Origin: Folioceros fuciformis
Lineage: Eukaryota
Length of the DNA stretch: 35,895 nt
Assembly: GCA_049999805.1 (NCBI GenBank)
Contig: JBNGIO010006223.1
Coordinates: forward strand, 62,636-98,530
Direction of reading: 5' to 3'
Shown here: in pieces, positions 1-12,330 of the stretch
How positions within the stretch are numbered: the stretch's first letter is position 1
Layout of the letters: every line of letters begins with the position of its first letter
The notes under the pieces: generated by a model
The model's input: only the letters and a program-made list of their open reading frames with translations
Database searches by the model: none
What the model was told of the DNA's origin: nothing
Made by a program: the position numbers and the translations under genes

Positions 1-881
1 CATCACCATTGTGCTGCATAAGGGGAATGGGGGTGCACCTGCACAGCTGCTTGTAGACCTCACCGCAGGATAAAAGACATTGTGTATGAATCGAAATGAA
101 GAAAAACATTGTGTCCCTTTCGATCCACAAAGAGGTTAGAGGTAGAGAAAAAAAATTGCTATACACACCTAGGGTTGCATGAGTCGCCCACTTGCCAACT
201 CGAGAAGTAGAGTAGAGGAATATTCCATAGATGCAACTGAATATTTGAGTATAAAATATATATTCCAACTTAAAAATATGAGTCTATAGTCCCTGTCCGC
301 ATTGATATTCCATATTTGCCTGACCTATAGTTGTTGTCAGAAATAAATATTACTTATGAATATTAAAATATTTAAAAATAACTTATTAAAAGTTCTTAAA
401 ACCTATTAAAAGACTTTTGGATGCATAAAGCCAAGTGCGTGCATGGTTTTAATTAATACAAACAATATATGTTGTGCAACCTTCTCTTAATAGTACATAT
501 TCAAATTGTTGTTAGAATGCTATCCATACATAACTCTTACAAAGTTATATTGGTTGTGTTTTGATTTGTTTGGTTTGTAGCTGGCCAAAATACGAGGCGA
601 GCATGGCCAAGTGACAGTTCGACATTGAAACCCTCCGCTAATGCGGGGGACCATGGGAATAAATGACAAGACATTGTGGCATCTAGGGAGAGTGGTTTAG
701 AGGTACCTAGTTGGGTATCTTGTTGTATCGGATACCCTACCCAAGTTCCCAGAATGAAAAACAATAACGACAAGTGGAAAAGGACAGCCCGAGGTGGTCA
801 AAGCATCATCAAATACACCAAAGCCGATACTTCGCATGATGTGAAAGCACAACAGCGTCTTCGTGAAAAGAGGATCGCACT

Positions 882-2271
882 CTACAACTTGTGGATACTC
901 AGATCCACTGCATCAGGTAGGGTGCCGTCTTCCAGCTTCTTCCACCAGCCGAAAAGAAAATTGTCCACGACAATACGGAACCAAGGTGACAGCTTGATAC
1001 CGTCCTCACCAGCATCTGCCTTTCTCACTAGCTCTAGCAACTGCTCCTTGTTCACAAACTGGACATCAGATACCTCATCTGGGTTAGGCTTTACCTCCAC
1101 ATCCCTTTTCAGGGCGAGAAGATAGTCCACTGGAGTCACGACAAGACACGTAATAAGCTCCTGGTAGAAAGGATGGTGCGCAAGGAACAAAGAACGACAA
1201 GCTGTGAGCATCTTACGTTCATGCTCTCCCCATTTTCCATCAGACGGAGCCTTGTACAGGATGCGTCCAAGAACAGTGAAATCGTCTACCGGAGCATCCT
1301 TAGCAACTATGCCAAGCTCGTCGAACAACTTCCTCTGAGCTGCATTTCTGACACCTGTCACCAACGACCCCAGATGAGAAAAATGCTCGACCAAACCCGC
1401 TGCACAATTGACTACCATGCAAACGACTGGAAACGTCAAGACCTAAATTGTTCTCCGCGATGAGCTCCGAATCCCGGTAGAGAGGGTGACTGCAGCATGT
1501 GTTCGTCCACACCTCAGGGAATGTCACCTTTGTGGCAGACCGTTTCTGCATGTGCGTTTTACAAAGGCTGTCAGGAAATTTCTTCAGAACCAGCGCCACA
1601 GCCTCAGCTTCATCACAGTACCTGGAGGAGCAGCTCGTTTTTGGAGTTGAAAAGAAAGACGCTGAAAGCCCGATGGAGAAGGTTTTCAGCTTCAATCTTC
1701 GCCATCAAGTGACCTGATCGCAAGCCAGAATTAGCCACGGAGCACCCAGATAAGAAAAACTGCTAGGTCAAGACACAGAACACCGGGAAGGGAACGCACA
1801 ATTGTACTTGGAGTCATGGCCGACAACATTGTCGTGCTCATCCACCAAGATGCACCTGCACGGCATTTTCGAGTACAATCCCTTACGTTCCCGAAGCCCT
1901 AGCTAGCCTGACATTCCGAAAAAGCAGGATCAAGCACCCGAACGCCCAGCACAAAACAATCGGCCGTGCAGACGAGGCCAGGCCAAGCCAACTCACTCGT
2001 CCTCGAACATGAGGCGCTGCTGCACCGCATCCATCACCTCCACTTCCGCCATCCCGGTCACAGACGACGCGAGCACTGGCGCAAACCGGGGCAAGTTCCG
2101 GGAGGGGGACGGGCTCCAGAGAGCGTCACAGCTGGGAGCAGGAAGGCGTCGGAAGGAGGGATGCTGCCGCAACGAAAGGCCACGCACAGATGAAGGCGCA
2201 GGAGATCGGCACAGGGAGGAGAGGCGTGCCGACCACCTGGAAGAGAGCGTCCCTATCGAGCCACAGGACAT
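882..2271 (-). CDS. IDI: Isopentenyl-diphosphate delta-isomerase (type I, Nudix fold), 6 exons, N-terminal transit peptide
   Basis: Hand-spliced GT-AG exons give [86 protein letters not shown]..|[22 protein letters not shown]|..[21 protein letters not shown]. Probable ATG at 2271 (MSCGS, Ser/Arg-rich); second ATG at 2052 (MAEVEV). Confidence 0.96.
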
Positions 2272-2711
2272 TCCTCGTCCTCTTACTCCTCCGCCTCCAG
2301 ATCCGGCAATCCCTGTCCAGTTCCTCGCATCCGCTACCACCCTGCGCCCAAGAGCTACGCTCCGCTCCAAGGACTCGGCTGCAACTGCGACGCGATAAAG
2401 GCCTCCATCGAGGTGCAGGAGCATTTCAGACATGGCTCATCGTAAACGCACAATAGAGTCAGTACTCATGCCGCGTACTCACATGTACAGACTTATATCA
2501 CCTATATACATATGTAACACATGAAGCGTTGAAGCGGTTGGACATCAAGGACTGCACATTCAGCCATGTGTGAAAGGGACAGTGCGCTTGGAAGACGGTG
2601 AGCTAACCGCAGTCGTAAGGACCAGGAAACATCCTGCCAGAGACCGACATCGGGTTAGCTAGCCAGCTCGCGGTGGAATCTGAAAGCGGGAGGAAGGGAG
2701 CAGGCGGAGCC

Positions 2712-3340
2712 ATGGCGTACTCCCTCGCGTGCTCTTCGATTTCGCCGTCGTCCGCGCTCAGCAGTCGCGTCTCGCTCTCCAGCGCGGGCGTGCCCGGTTT
2801 CAGGCCGGTCCGGGTTTGCATTGGCAGGAGAGAGGCAACAGCGCCAGCGGCGACGAGGGTTGCTCCCATCAGGGCCCAGGCGCAGGACAATGACGGCGCC
2901 ACTCCTGCCGCCGCGGGCCTCAAGAAGGTGAGCTGCCGCGGTTTGGATTGAATCTGCGCTTCCGCTCCAGGCCTTGCTCGCTGCTGATGCGGAATGTGAA
3001 TCTCCGGTGCTGGCGACGTTAGGGATGTTTCGTCATGCGCTAACTCGTGGTCCTGACGCTGTCGCAGAAGGGCAAGCCTGTGGTTGCCAAGCAGAGGGTG
3101 CTGTTGAGGTTTCTATGGCTGGAGAAGAATATCGGGATAGCTCTTGACCAGGAGATCCCGGGGCATGGGTGTGTGCCCCTCAGTCCCTACTTCTTCTGGC
3201 CGAGAAAGGATGCCTGGGAGGAGTTGAGAGCCAAGCTGGAAAGCAAGTCTTGGATCTCCAGGAAGAGGACAATCATTCTTCTCAATCAGGCTACGGACAT
3301 CATCAACTTGTGGCAGCAAAGTTCCTCCGCTTCCCAATGA
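2712..3340 (+). CDS. PSRP3: Plastid-specific 30S ribosomal protein 3 (PSRP-3/Ycf65 family), 2 exons
   Basis: Exon 1 (2712-2927) encodes a Ser/Ala/Arg-rich transit peptide ending KK|gtgag. Exon 2 (3068-3340) encodes [57 protein letters not shown], the Ycf65 signature. Confidence 0.95.
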
Positions 3341-4389
3341 GTTCCCCCTCTTCCCATGGGCCTGGCCAGATGTCACCCATTCTTTTTATCACAGCCCGTT
3401 CTTGAGGTCATTTTCTAAGATTTTGGGCTTGCGTTTGGTCTGCCGAGGCAGTGCTGAAACGATGGCACCGCTTGTGCTCCCCATCCTTGTATGTATTGTC
3501 ATCTCCAAGCCTGGATGCACGTCTCTACGAAACAAGTGTACACTTTTGAGATGTAGCTCCGCAAGAACTAGCCTATCGCCTGCCACATCATTCGGGTCGC
3601 ACAGAATGGATCATGCGTAGAGGATGCGCGGTTGAACTAGAGACAGTGCGCATGTTGTTGTTCCATCCTAGGAGAGTGAAAGCCCAAAGCCAAATGGAGC
3701 AAACCGATGGGGGAGCTGTTGCACCGACATATTGGGAGAGCTGCCCGCTGCACTCCCGATTAACTTCAACTGACACGAGGTTCACCACGGGATACCCCGG
3801 CCGACCATAGAGCCCTGTGATTTGGTCCGGCAAGGTATGGAAGCATGAGAAACTACCCATGCAAACGACGAAGCTGGTGCTCAAGTATGTACGTGGAATA
3901 ATCAGACACTACATGTGTATATGCTCGTCACCTCCTAGGGACCAATGCGGGAACGCTATGAGTTAAGCCATTCAATGTTAAGAACTTGGAATAAATACAT
4001 GGCAACATGACTCAAAAAACTTTTGTGCCGCAACTCTGCAGCGGTTAAGACCTAAGGATAGTAAAGTGAAGCTTACTCACGGCAACATCCAGGAGCAAGG
4101 AACTTCGGTGAGGGTCTCAAAACAAGAGCCTCGACCTTCCATAAGGCGCTTTTCAATCTCTGGATGGTAAACCAGAAAATTGTGAAGATAGAATAACCGT
4201 GGGAAGACAACTACACCAGCAATCAGTGACGACATTTGAAAGCGTATCTCACCAATACGTCACATCGTACGGGCTATCGAAACCACGAGGGAATCACATA
4301 ATTACCTTAATTAGAACCGAAGGTGCTGCAACCTAGTGCCCATAAGCACTGATAGCCCTGCATTAGCTGTTTCTGGGTCCGCGTGGCCC

Positions 4390-6320
4390 TCAAGGCACGA
4401 CACGACTATCACCTGCAGATTGATCTCTTTGCTGCCTTTCCCTAAGTCTCTGTTGTTCTGCCTCGATTGTTCTTTTCCTCTCTTCCTCTTCCTGGACGCG
4501 ACGTCTCGAAAAGGTCTGACACTTTTCTTTGTACTCTTTGTAACGACGCAGCGAGCTCAAGACAAACTTGTATTCCCTTTCCTTGAAAGCTGTAAACCAT
4601 CGTAATGGACTAGTAGCAGCTCTTTCCTGTGAAAGAGATGATTTCGTCTGACAAGAAGAAGACAGAATTCAGGCTTACAGTACTATTTAGATGATCAGCT
4701 AAGGCTGAAAGCTGGTGTTGCCCTCCTACCAAATCAGAGAGTCAAATGAGAGAGAAGTGCTAGTGGGACTTAACAAGCGGTGCATCCGTGACTTACATCA
4801 AATTGTGCCCTAGCAGCATGGGCTATCTGCTTCTTTACTTCGTCTGTTTCTTCCGCCCTGCTTACAAGCCAAGGCCTGAAACACAATCCAAGGAAGAACA
4901 TAAGAGACTTTCAGTCTAGAAAATAATGGCAGTCCAAAGACACCTCATTAAGTTCATGGCTCCCAAGGGGTGATACCTAAACATACTAGAGGCAACCAGG
5001 CAAGTATCAGCTGTCAGCAGATTACAAGCAGCTGCTGCAGATGACGAGTCCCTGAAAACAATAAATCCAGAAGCACCTTCCTCATCTTCAACAGGAGGCA
5101 ATAAGAGGACCGTGCCCACTTTGTCAAACATGGATTGCAAAAAGATTCTAGCCTCGTGCGGAGCCAAGCCCGTCTCCACGTTCTCTATCCTCAACACAGA
5201 ATCCATTGGCCATGAACCCGAGCGTAAGGAGTCCCTTTCTGCTGGTGTATCTTCTATAGGGACACTTTGCTCAGGTCCTCTTGATCTCCTTCCCCTACTA
5301 AACCTGGTTTGACGTTGATCTCGGGGCTCAGGCACAACTCTTCCGGACCCACCATGAACATCACCTCCCTGAACATCTGCTGCTACTCCTGCAGGAGCAG
5401 ATGCTGTCACCAAAATTTTCTGCTGCCCATCCCGGTGAGCTTGGGGCTCGGGTGCAACTCCTGCGGTCTCACCGTGAGCATTACCTTCCCGAACATCTGC
5501 TCTTAACCCAGCTGGAGAGGATGCCAGTACCAATGCTTCGTGCTGCACGTGTTGGTGAGCTTGGGGTTGAGGCACAACTCCTCCGGATGCACCATCAACA
5601 TCACCTTCCCAAACATCTGCTGCTAACCCAGCTGGCGAAGAAGCTGCTCCTGATGCTTTCTCAAGCATCTCTCGGACGTGAGGATCGGACAGCCTGAGCC
5701 TCAGGCGTGTGTCAAAGCATAGGGCCTTGCCACCCGGCCTTCTTTCCACAGAGACTCCACGAAGGTCCTCAGGGCCCACTGCTAATGTCCACACCTTCAC
5801 AGGTCTGGCAGGTTCAGGCCCCCTTTGAACGTGAGGTGCAGATGATATCAGTTTCCTGCCTGGTTGGTGCTGAGCGGCACCATTTCCAACGTGCGGACCT
5901 GGAGAGGCACCACGCTCATGGTCATCGTCAGCCTGTGCATGCTCGGTCTGACTGTCATCCAGCTCGTTGGTAGCCATCACTTGGATTCTGGTGGTAACTG
6001 CGCTCAAAAGCAGCAGCAGTTTCAAGTGGCGGCGATGGCACCCTGCAACTGGCAGCAGGCAACTCCGCCCTCTTCAGCTTGTCGGGCCATTCACGCCACG
6101 TGCCGACGTAGACTTTCCATGTTGCATGTTTCCGTTGGTGTGCAAACCTTCTTCTCCCTACCTGCGAAAGCACGATGAGCAAAAAAGTACGCAAGCGCTG
6201 CTAACAAGGCTTATAAGAGCAAACCAGAAATCGACCCATCACCTACTTAACCCGAAGCGAACAAACAACTTCTCCTGACGTTGAGAACTCCGGATGAGCA
6301 CACACACCAGCTGTCCCTGC
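4390..6320 (-). CDS. Putative ASI1/IBM2-like RRM protein (divergent); 5' end and last splice sites uncertain
   Basis: The large exon in ORF 4916-6025 ends in an RRM-like segment SVLRIENVETGLAPHEARIFL..GASGFIVFRDSSSAAAACNLLTADTCLVASSMF. It splices (AG|gt..cag|G) to RPWLVSR. A terminal open frame AATSPLRWFTAFKEREYKF..EEEERKRTIEAEQQRLRERQQ ends at TGA 4390. The layout resembles the ASI1 C-terminus as I recall it; this was not searched. Confidence 0.45.
5310..5644 (-). repeat. Three imperfect in-frame 120-bp (40-aa) tandem repeats
   Basis: ASSPAGLAADVWEGDVDGASGGVVPQPQAHQHVQHEALVL / ASSPAGLRADVREGNAHGETAGVAPEPQAHRDGQQKILVT / ASAPAGVAADVQGGDVHGGSGRVVPEPRDQ; unit starts at 5644, 5524 and 5404. Confidence 0.9.
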
Positions 6321-8218
6321 GCTCAGGTGACCAAACCGTGAAGCATGGAAATCGGATGAAATGAGTTGCCCACCCTCCCGAAGACGTCTTGGAGCGTGTG
6401 CAAAGACACACCAGTTCAGGGCCCTGAAACCCCTAGAAGTCCAGAATCAGTAAGTTCCTCCTTCCCGCCAACTTGAGGCTCCACTTGTTCCATTCTCGAT
6501 CGTCCGTCCCTGAACTCGCCTAGAACAAGCAGGTGGACGTCCTCAGCAGAGAAATCCTTGCGACTGAGCACCATCCACGGGTGTGCCAGCGTGGACGGCG
6601 GGAAGAGGGCTGCAACAGGCCACCGCAAGGCAGGCCCAATTGCCACAGAAGCAGCTGAGCATGAAGGGGCCAAAGTTGGTGTCAGCAGCGAGGACCTAAG
6701 CACGCAAATGCGAGTAGCAGAGTGGGCAAACAGTGGACGTAGGAAGTTCGGCCGGCATGGCAGCAGGGAGGTGTGAAAGATGGGCACTTGTTACAAACCT
6801 GGAAAGGGAAGCGGTTGTCCAGTACATGAGCCGCGCCGCGGGTGGTGCTGGGCCTTAGGATTCCCGATAACTTGTCCGAATAGTGCAGAGAAACGCGAGG
6901 GAGTGCTGGACGGTTGGGACCCGGTCGGTAGAATTCCCTGGATGTTGCACTCCGTTGCGTTGGGCAGGAGTGGGAGGCTCATTACGGTACGCTTCAGTAG
7001 CAGTGCCCTGCTGACGGATCGTTTCCCGCGTTCGGCCTTCCTCGGACAGGGAAGCAAAGCAGCCCATGGTTTTGTTTCCAGGCAGCCTCCTCTCTTCACC
7101 TCACCTCACGTAAATCAACGATGGATCGTTCAAGTTAGCTACTTTACACATACTGTATCTCTTGCTGTCTCCGTTAAAAGACCGTGCAGGCTTGTCACGA
7201 AGAATTTGGGGCCCGGGTGAGTGGGAGCCGCAAGCTTGTTTCCTCATGTCAAATCAGCGGCGCCGCCAGCAGCCTAAGGGAGAGCAGTGCGTATGCCAGA
7301 GGCAGTGAGGCCGACGCAGCGCTGCCTCGAGGATCTTTGCTGCGTCTTGTGCGTCGCGTTGTGCGAGGAGAGGGAGAGGGAGCGAGGCGAGGGAGTGGCA
7401 AATCTCGGTCGCCCTGGGTGTGGCGCAGCCTGCTAGCGCAAGCATGCCAGCATTTATGCAGCGGCCGGACTCTGCACCCAGCCAGCGCAGTCACAGGCGC
7501 AGTCACAGTCACAGGCACAGGCACAAGCCGAAAAGGGTCTTGAAACAACACTAGAGCTGGCCCAGCGCAAGGATCGCGTGCTTTCTTGGTCGGGACCCCA
7601 GCCTCCGGAAGCTCTTCACCCGGCACCCTCTCGCCCGTCCGCAACGCATCAGCCGATCGTCCCTCCTTGCTTTGCTTCAAAGGGAAGAATCCCAAGAATC
7701 TTGACTGACTGGGTCCCCCGTACACTGTACGCATCAGATCTGAAACGACAGGGCGGCAGTCGATTCAACACGCTGAATTTTTCGGCATTCAGTCTGAATA
7801 CAATCCTGGAGTCCGGAGTCCATCCTGGAGTCTTCTTGTTTTCCTCTCTCTTTCGACTCGGATAGATAGCCTATTGAAAAGCACCAACAATCATATGCGT
7901 ATGTGTGCATATTGTGCAGGGGATGCATACACACACCATTCCAGTACTGCAAGTCGACAGCATTTAAGGTTCTCGATCATGGTTAAAAAGTTCAATGGAG
8001 CTTTGCAACTTGCAATGGCAATGTTTCGAGGATGCATCACAGCTTGAAACGGAACAAGCTTGCAGAGTCTGCATGCATGAAACGGAGGCAGCCGCAGCAT
8101 TGTACAGTACAGTGCAGTAGCAAGCAGTTCCACGAGTACTGTAGTTGGGATGTGCGAATTACTTTATCATGTATTTGCAACCCATGTATACGTATCCTCC
8201 ATGAGCATGGGCCCATGG

Positions 8219-10949
8219 TCATAGAGGAATGACATAGACCCCATATGTCACTCCATAATGCTCGGGCTCTCGTCTATAACGTCCGGTCAGGCATATGAAG
8301 CTCCTTATCCGTTGTGTGCTGAACACAAAAGCCATGGTCGCTGTGAAGCCCAGAATGAAGCCAATACTCAGTGCTACATCTGACATAACCGGATCCGAGT
8401 GGTCAGATTCCTCTCCGAAATTGTGGCTATTATTTCCTTCAGTCCCTGACCCTCCTGATTTAATTGAGCAAAGCGGTAGTGGAGGACCACAGAGTCCAGC
8501 ATTTCCCGGCACAAAAGAAGAGCTGTCGAGACTACCAAATTGCCCGCCCGTGGGAATTGGGCCTGACAGATTATTCCACGAAACGTTGAACAAACTCATG
8601 AAATTTAGATTTGACAGGGTGGACGGAATGTTACCGGACAGCTGGTTGTGGCTCAAATCCAGGATCTCTATCATACGTAGCTGCCCTAACCTCTTCGGAA
8701 TTGGCCCATCAAGCTCGTTGTGGGAAAGGTCCAAAAATCTCATTCCAATGAGAACGCCAATTTCTTCTGGGATGGAACCCTGTAGATGGTTAGATGACAA
8801 GTCGAACGCTGTATTTGCCTTCAGGAGATACTGGAGTGGCTTCCCACTTAAGGGAAGACGTAGGTCTTCATATATAGTAAACTTTCCAACATCTTTGTCC
8901 ACCGTTGCATTTTGGAAACCTTTCAGGCCACTGAAAATCTCGATTGGAATGGTTCCAGTGAAAGAGTTTATTGGACAGCACCAGTGCCTGCAGCTGAGGC
9001 AACATTCCCAGCCAGTTCGGGACGGCCCCACTGAGATTGTTGCTTCCGAGATTCAACACGCGCAGATCCACAAGCTGCTGTAGCTCTAGGGGAATGCTTC
9101 CATTTAGCTGGTTCTCATGCATGTCTAAAATAACCAGGCCCGTGCAATTGCCCAAACTGGATGGTATACGACCAGACAAAGCATTTGATTGTATGATCAA
9201 AGTGCGTAGGCTCTTTGCGTTTCCTATACTCTCTGGAATGGGGCCTGGCATTGGGGTTGACACGACAAGCATTAGGAAGAGACTCTGAAGAGTCCCTGGA
9301 AGCAATATAATGATTAAATAAAGTTTGCAGTGTGCACGAACGGGGCAAGAGCAGATGTTACAGCACCTTCCACTTGGCTTTCTTGGAGAACGAACCTCTG
9401 CAGCGAACTCATATTTTCAAACAGCTTCCTTGGGATGAATCCGTATAGCCCAGAGGAAGACATCTCAAAATCTGTGAGGTGTGTCAACTTGGCAAAGTCT
9501 TCAGGAATGGAACCCTGTAGATTGCTTCCCCCGAGATGCAGTATTTGAAGGTCGGAGAGACTGACCAGGGAAGCCGGAAGAAGGCCTTCAAAGCTATTGT
9601 TGTTCAACTGGAGATTTTGCAACCTTGTCATGTTCCCAAACATATCGGGGATGGGTCCCGACAGGTTGTTATAGCTCAGATCCAACACTACAAGCTCCTG
9701 AAGCTGCTGAAAGCTGGTTGGTATGATACCAGTGAAGTTGTTCCTCGTAAGCCACAACTTGGTGAGTGGTAACCCTCCCAAGACGGAGGGCAGCATCCCA
9801 TTCAAATAGTTGTAGGGAACCTCTAATACGGATAGGCTCGATAGATTGGCGAACCAGTCAGGGATTGGTCCAGTGAAGTTGTTGCCGAAAAAGTGGAGCT
9901 CCGAAAGGGCGGTCATCTTGCTGATGCCTTCTGGCAGAGGCCCTGTGAACTCATTTACGCTTAACTCGAGAAACACCAAGATGACAAGCCTCTGTATGCT
10001 GGGCGGGATGCTGCCAGACAACCTGTTGGAGCGCAAATCCAAGTGTGTCAAAGAGGTAATATTGCTAACTGCTTCTAGGGTGATGGTTCCACTAGTGTTG
10101 AATGTGCTCTCTCCTAATGCTAGAAGGTATAACCTTGAAAGTCTGGACAATGACGTGGGGAATGGCCCACTTATGTTGTTCCACCCCAGATCCAGATACT
10201 CAAGGTTGCTGCAGTCGCCGATCTCGCTGGGAATCGGCCCTTCCAATCCACGGTGTTGAGATTGGTAGCCGTACCATTCTATGATTGCAAGATTTTTTAA
10301 CTGGCCAATGCTTGATGGAATCTGACCCCCGAGTTCACCGTTTCCTCCCAAGCTAAGTACTGTCAAGTTAGAACAATCCCCTATAGATGCAGGGAGGGAT
10401 CCGTTGAGCTGGTTGAATCCAAGTTCCAAGTACTGCAAGTTTTTGAGCATGCCAAGCTCGGCAGGAATGATCCCCGTCAGCTGGTTGTCCGACAATGAAA
10501 GCTGGACCACGTTCTGTAGGCCACCAATCGCAGGATGGATGGAACCGCTGAGCTGTTGGCCTGCCAACAACAAAGAAACCACTGTCCAAGTGCTGCCTGC
10601 CCAACCGCACTGGACACCGACCCAGTTGCAAGCAGCCCCAGCGTTGTCCTTTGTCCATTTCGCAAGGACACGTGATGCCTTGCTTAAAATCCAGCAGAAT
10701 GGACACCTCTGTTGCGTTCGAAGGCGCGTCATAGACATCTTGCAGCTTCCTTCCTTGGGTGGTGCGGTGAGCAGTGCAACAAGACGTATGAGCGTCGGCA
10801 AGTCTATTTGTGTGCTTGTGCGTGCCATTCCACCTACTTAGCTTGAACTGAGGTGACGACGCGAACGATGAAGCACAGACTCCTGGAGCGCCGACACCGA
10901 GATGCCGACACAAGATCCCCGCAACGAGAAGCAGCGGCAGCACCCCCAT
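8219..10949 (-). pseudogene. LRR receptor-like protein (signal peptide, LRRNT, ~20+ plant LRRs, island domain, TM helix, short tail) broken by three frame disruptions
   Basis: Signal peptide MGVLPLLLVAGILC; LRRNT EVSILLDFKQGIT/..LAKW..ACNWVGVQC; many LxxLxLxxNxLxGxIP repeats; GNAGLCGPPLPLC cap; TM VALSIGFILGFTATMAFVF; no kinase domain. The reading frame changes at ~10670, ~9296-9340 and ~8968. Confidence 0.85.
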
Positions 10950-11090
10950 GACCGGGACGTCTCACAAGCGCCCCACTAAACGAGAGGCACAGACAGCACC
11001 TCCAATACCGGGGGGGACGTCTCACAAGACCCCCACAACAAGAAGCAGAGGCAGCTCCTCCATGACTGGGGACGTCTTACAAGAGCCCCA
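10915..11090 (-). repeat. ~57-bp tandem repeat (about 3 copies) overlapping the RLP start codon
   Basis: The motif gggacgtct(c/t)acaag recurs near 10954, 11014 and 11069. On the minus strand the units are copies of the ATG/signal-peptide sequence. Confidence 0.75.
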
Positions 11091-12330
11091 CAGTCTCAAG
11101 CATCGGCTGTGCCTGAAATCCAATCTCTGCAGACGTTTCACGACGCAGAGAAGAACAGAGGCAGCATCTCGTGTGTGTGAAGTCGAATCCGTGCAGCCGA
11201 TGGTTCACAGTGATACGTTCTGCTGGTGACACGTCTCCGGCAGGAATCACAAGTCAATGAAGGTCTAGACGTTATCCAATCCCGGCATACGGAATGTTGG
11301 AAAAAGAGCTAAGACTTGCATACTACAGTAACTCAACAGCTTGTAATTTAATAGCAAATAACCCCCTTAGTTTCCTAAATAAAAAATATACAACATGCAT
11401 GCCCGGTAAACAAACCTTTCTGGCATGACATGCCAACACCTTTGTCGGCCCGATTCGGGCTGCCCTGCCGTGCCGTCTGGACTCACATTCCGTGCTGAAT
11501 AGGTCAACCGTGAGCAATGCCAATTCCTGTACATACTTAGCAGGCTAAGTGGCTGCAACATGGAGCGTTAGGGCGCGACGGGCCCCGAGCCCCAAGCCCC
11601 CAAGCGGGCCTGCCTGAAGGGGGAAATGGGAGCGCTCCAACAACGGCACTTGCAGCGGCAGCGGCATCGGCAGCGGCAACGGCCGCGGCCGCGCGTCTTC
11701 CAATAAAATTTGGTGTGCACGCTGGCAAGTCGTGAGACTCGCCAGTCAGGGCGCGCGATTCACACTTGCCATGTGGAACGACAACTTCACTGCAACACTG
11801 TAACAAGCACACGACAGCACTCGGACATGCAGCCAGCATTATATGCACGGATTCTTGGCTGCGCGGCCAGATTGGATACGGTCGCCTCCTCTTCATTCTG
11901 TGGATCTTCCGCATACACTCATGAATGCTCTCCTGTTCCCGCTTCCCCACGCCCTTCCAGCTCGGCGGCCATCCCCTCCGTCTTCTACCCGTGGTCACAA
12001 CCCCGGCTCCGACTCGTTACTCTCCTCCAAGCAAGCACTGTATGTATGTACACAGCAGCTCCAAGTCCAGCCCACGCCCACGCCCGCGCCCACGCCCACG
12101 CCCAGCCGCAGTTCGGACCGTCACTCTCCATTTAATTCGACTCTCAATTTATGTACGTCCCTTCGCCGTCCGGCACATCAGTCTCTGTCTCCCGCTTTTT
12201 ATATCCTGGGGTCCTTTTCTGTGCCGTGGTGTCGATTGGAGTGTCGCGGAGTGGAGTGCACCACCTACAACCCAGCTCCGCCGCCGTCTTCCGCATTCTG
12301 CCAATTTGCCACCTCCTACTTCTCCCCGCC

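Noticed and set aside
1-800. AT-rich left end, possibly a transposon remnant
   Set aside because: No recognisable coding motif or terminal structure.
6416-7950. Several short ORFs, including MGCFAS.. (possible myristoylation start, 6855-7067 minus)
   Set aside because: No consistent exon chain or domain could be built; these may be 5' exons or UTR of the RRM gene but are unsupported.
8295-10841. Plus-strand ORFs of 130-260 aa over the RLP
   Set aside because: Antisense to LRR codons, with no independent coding signal.
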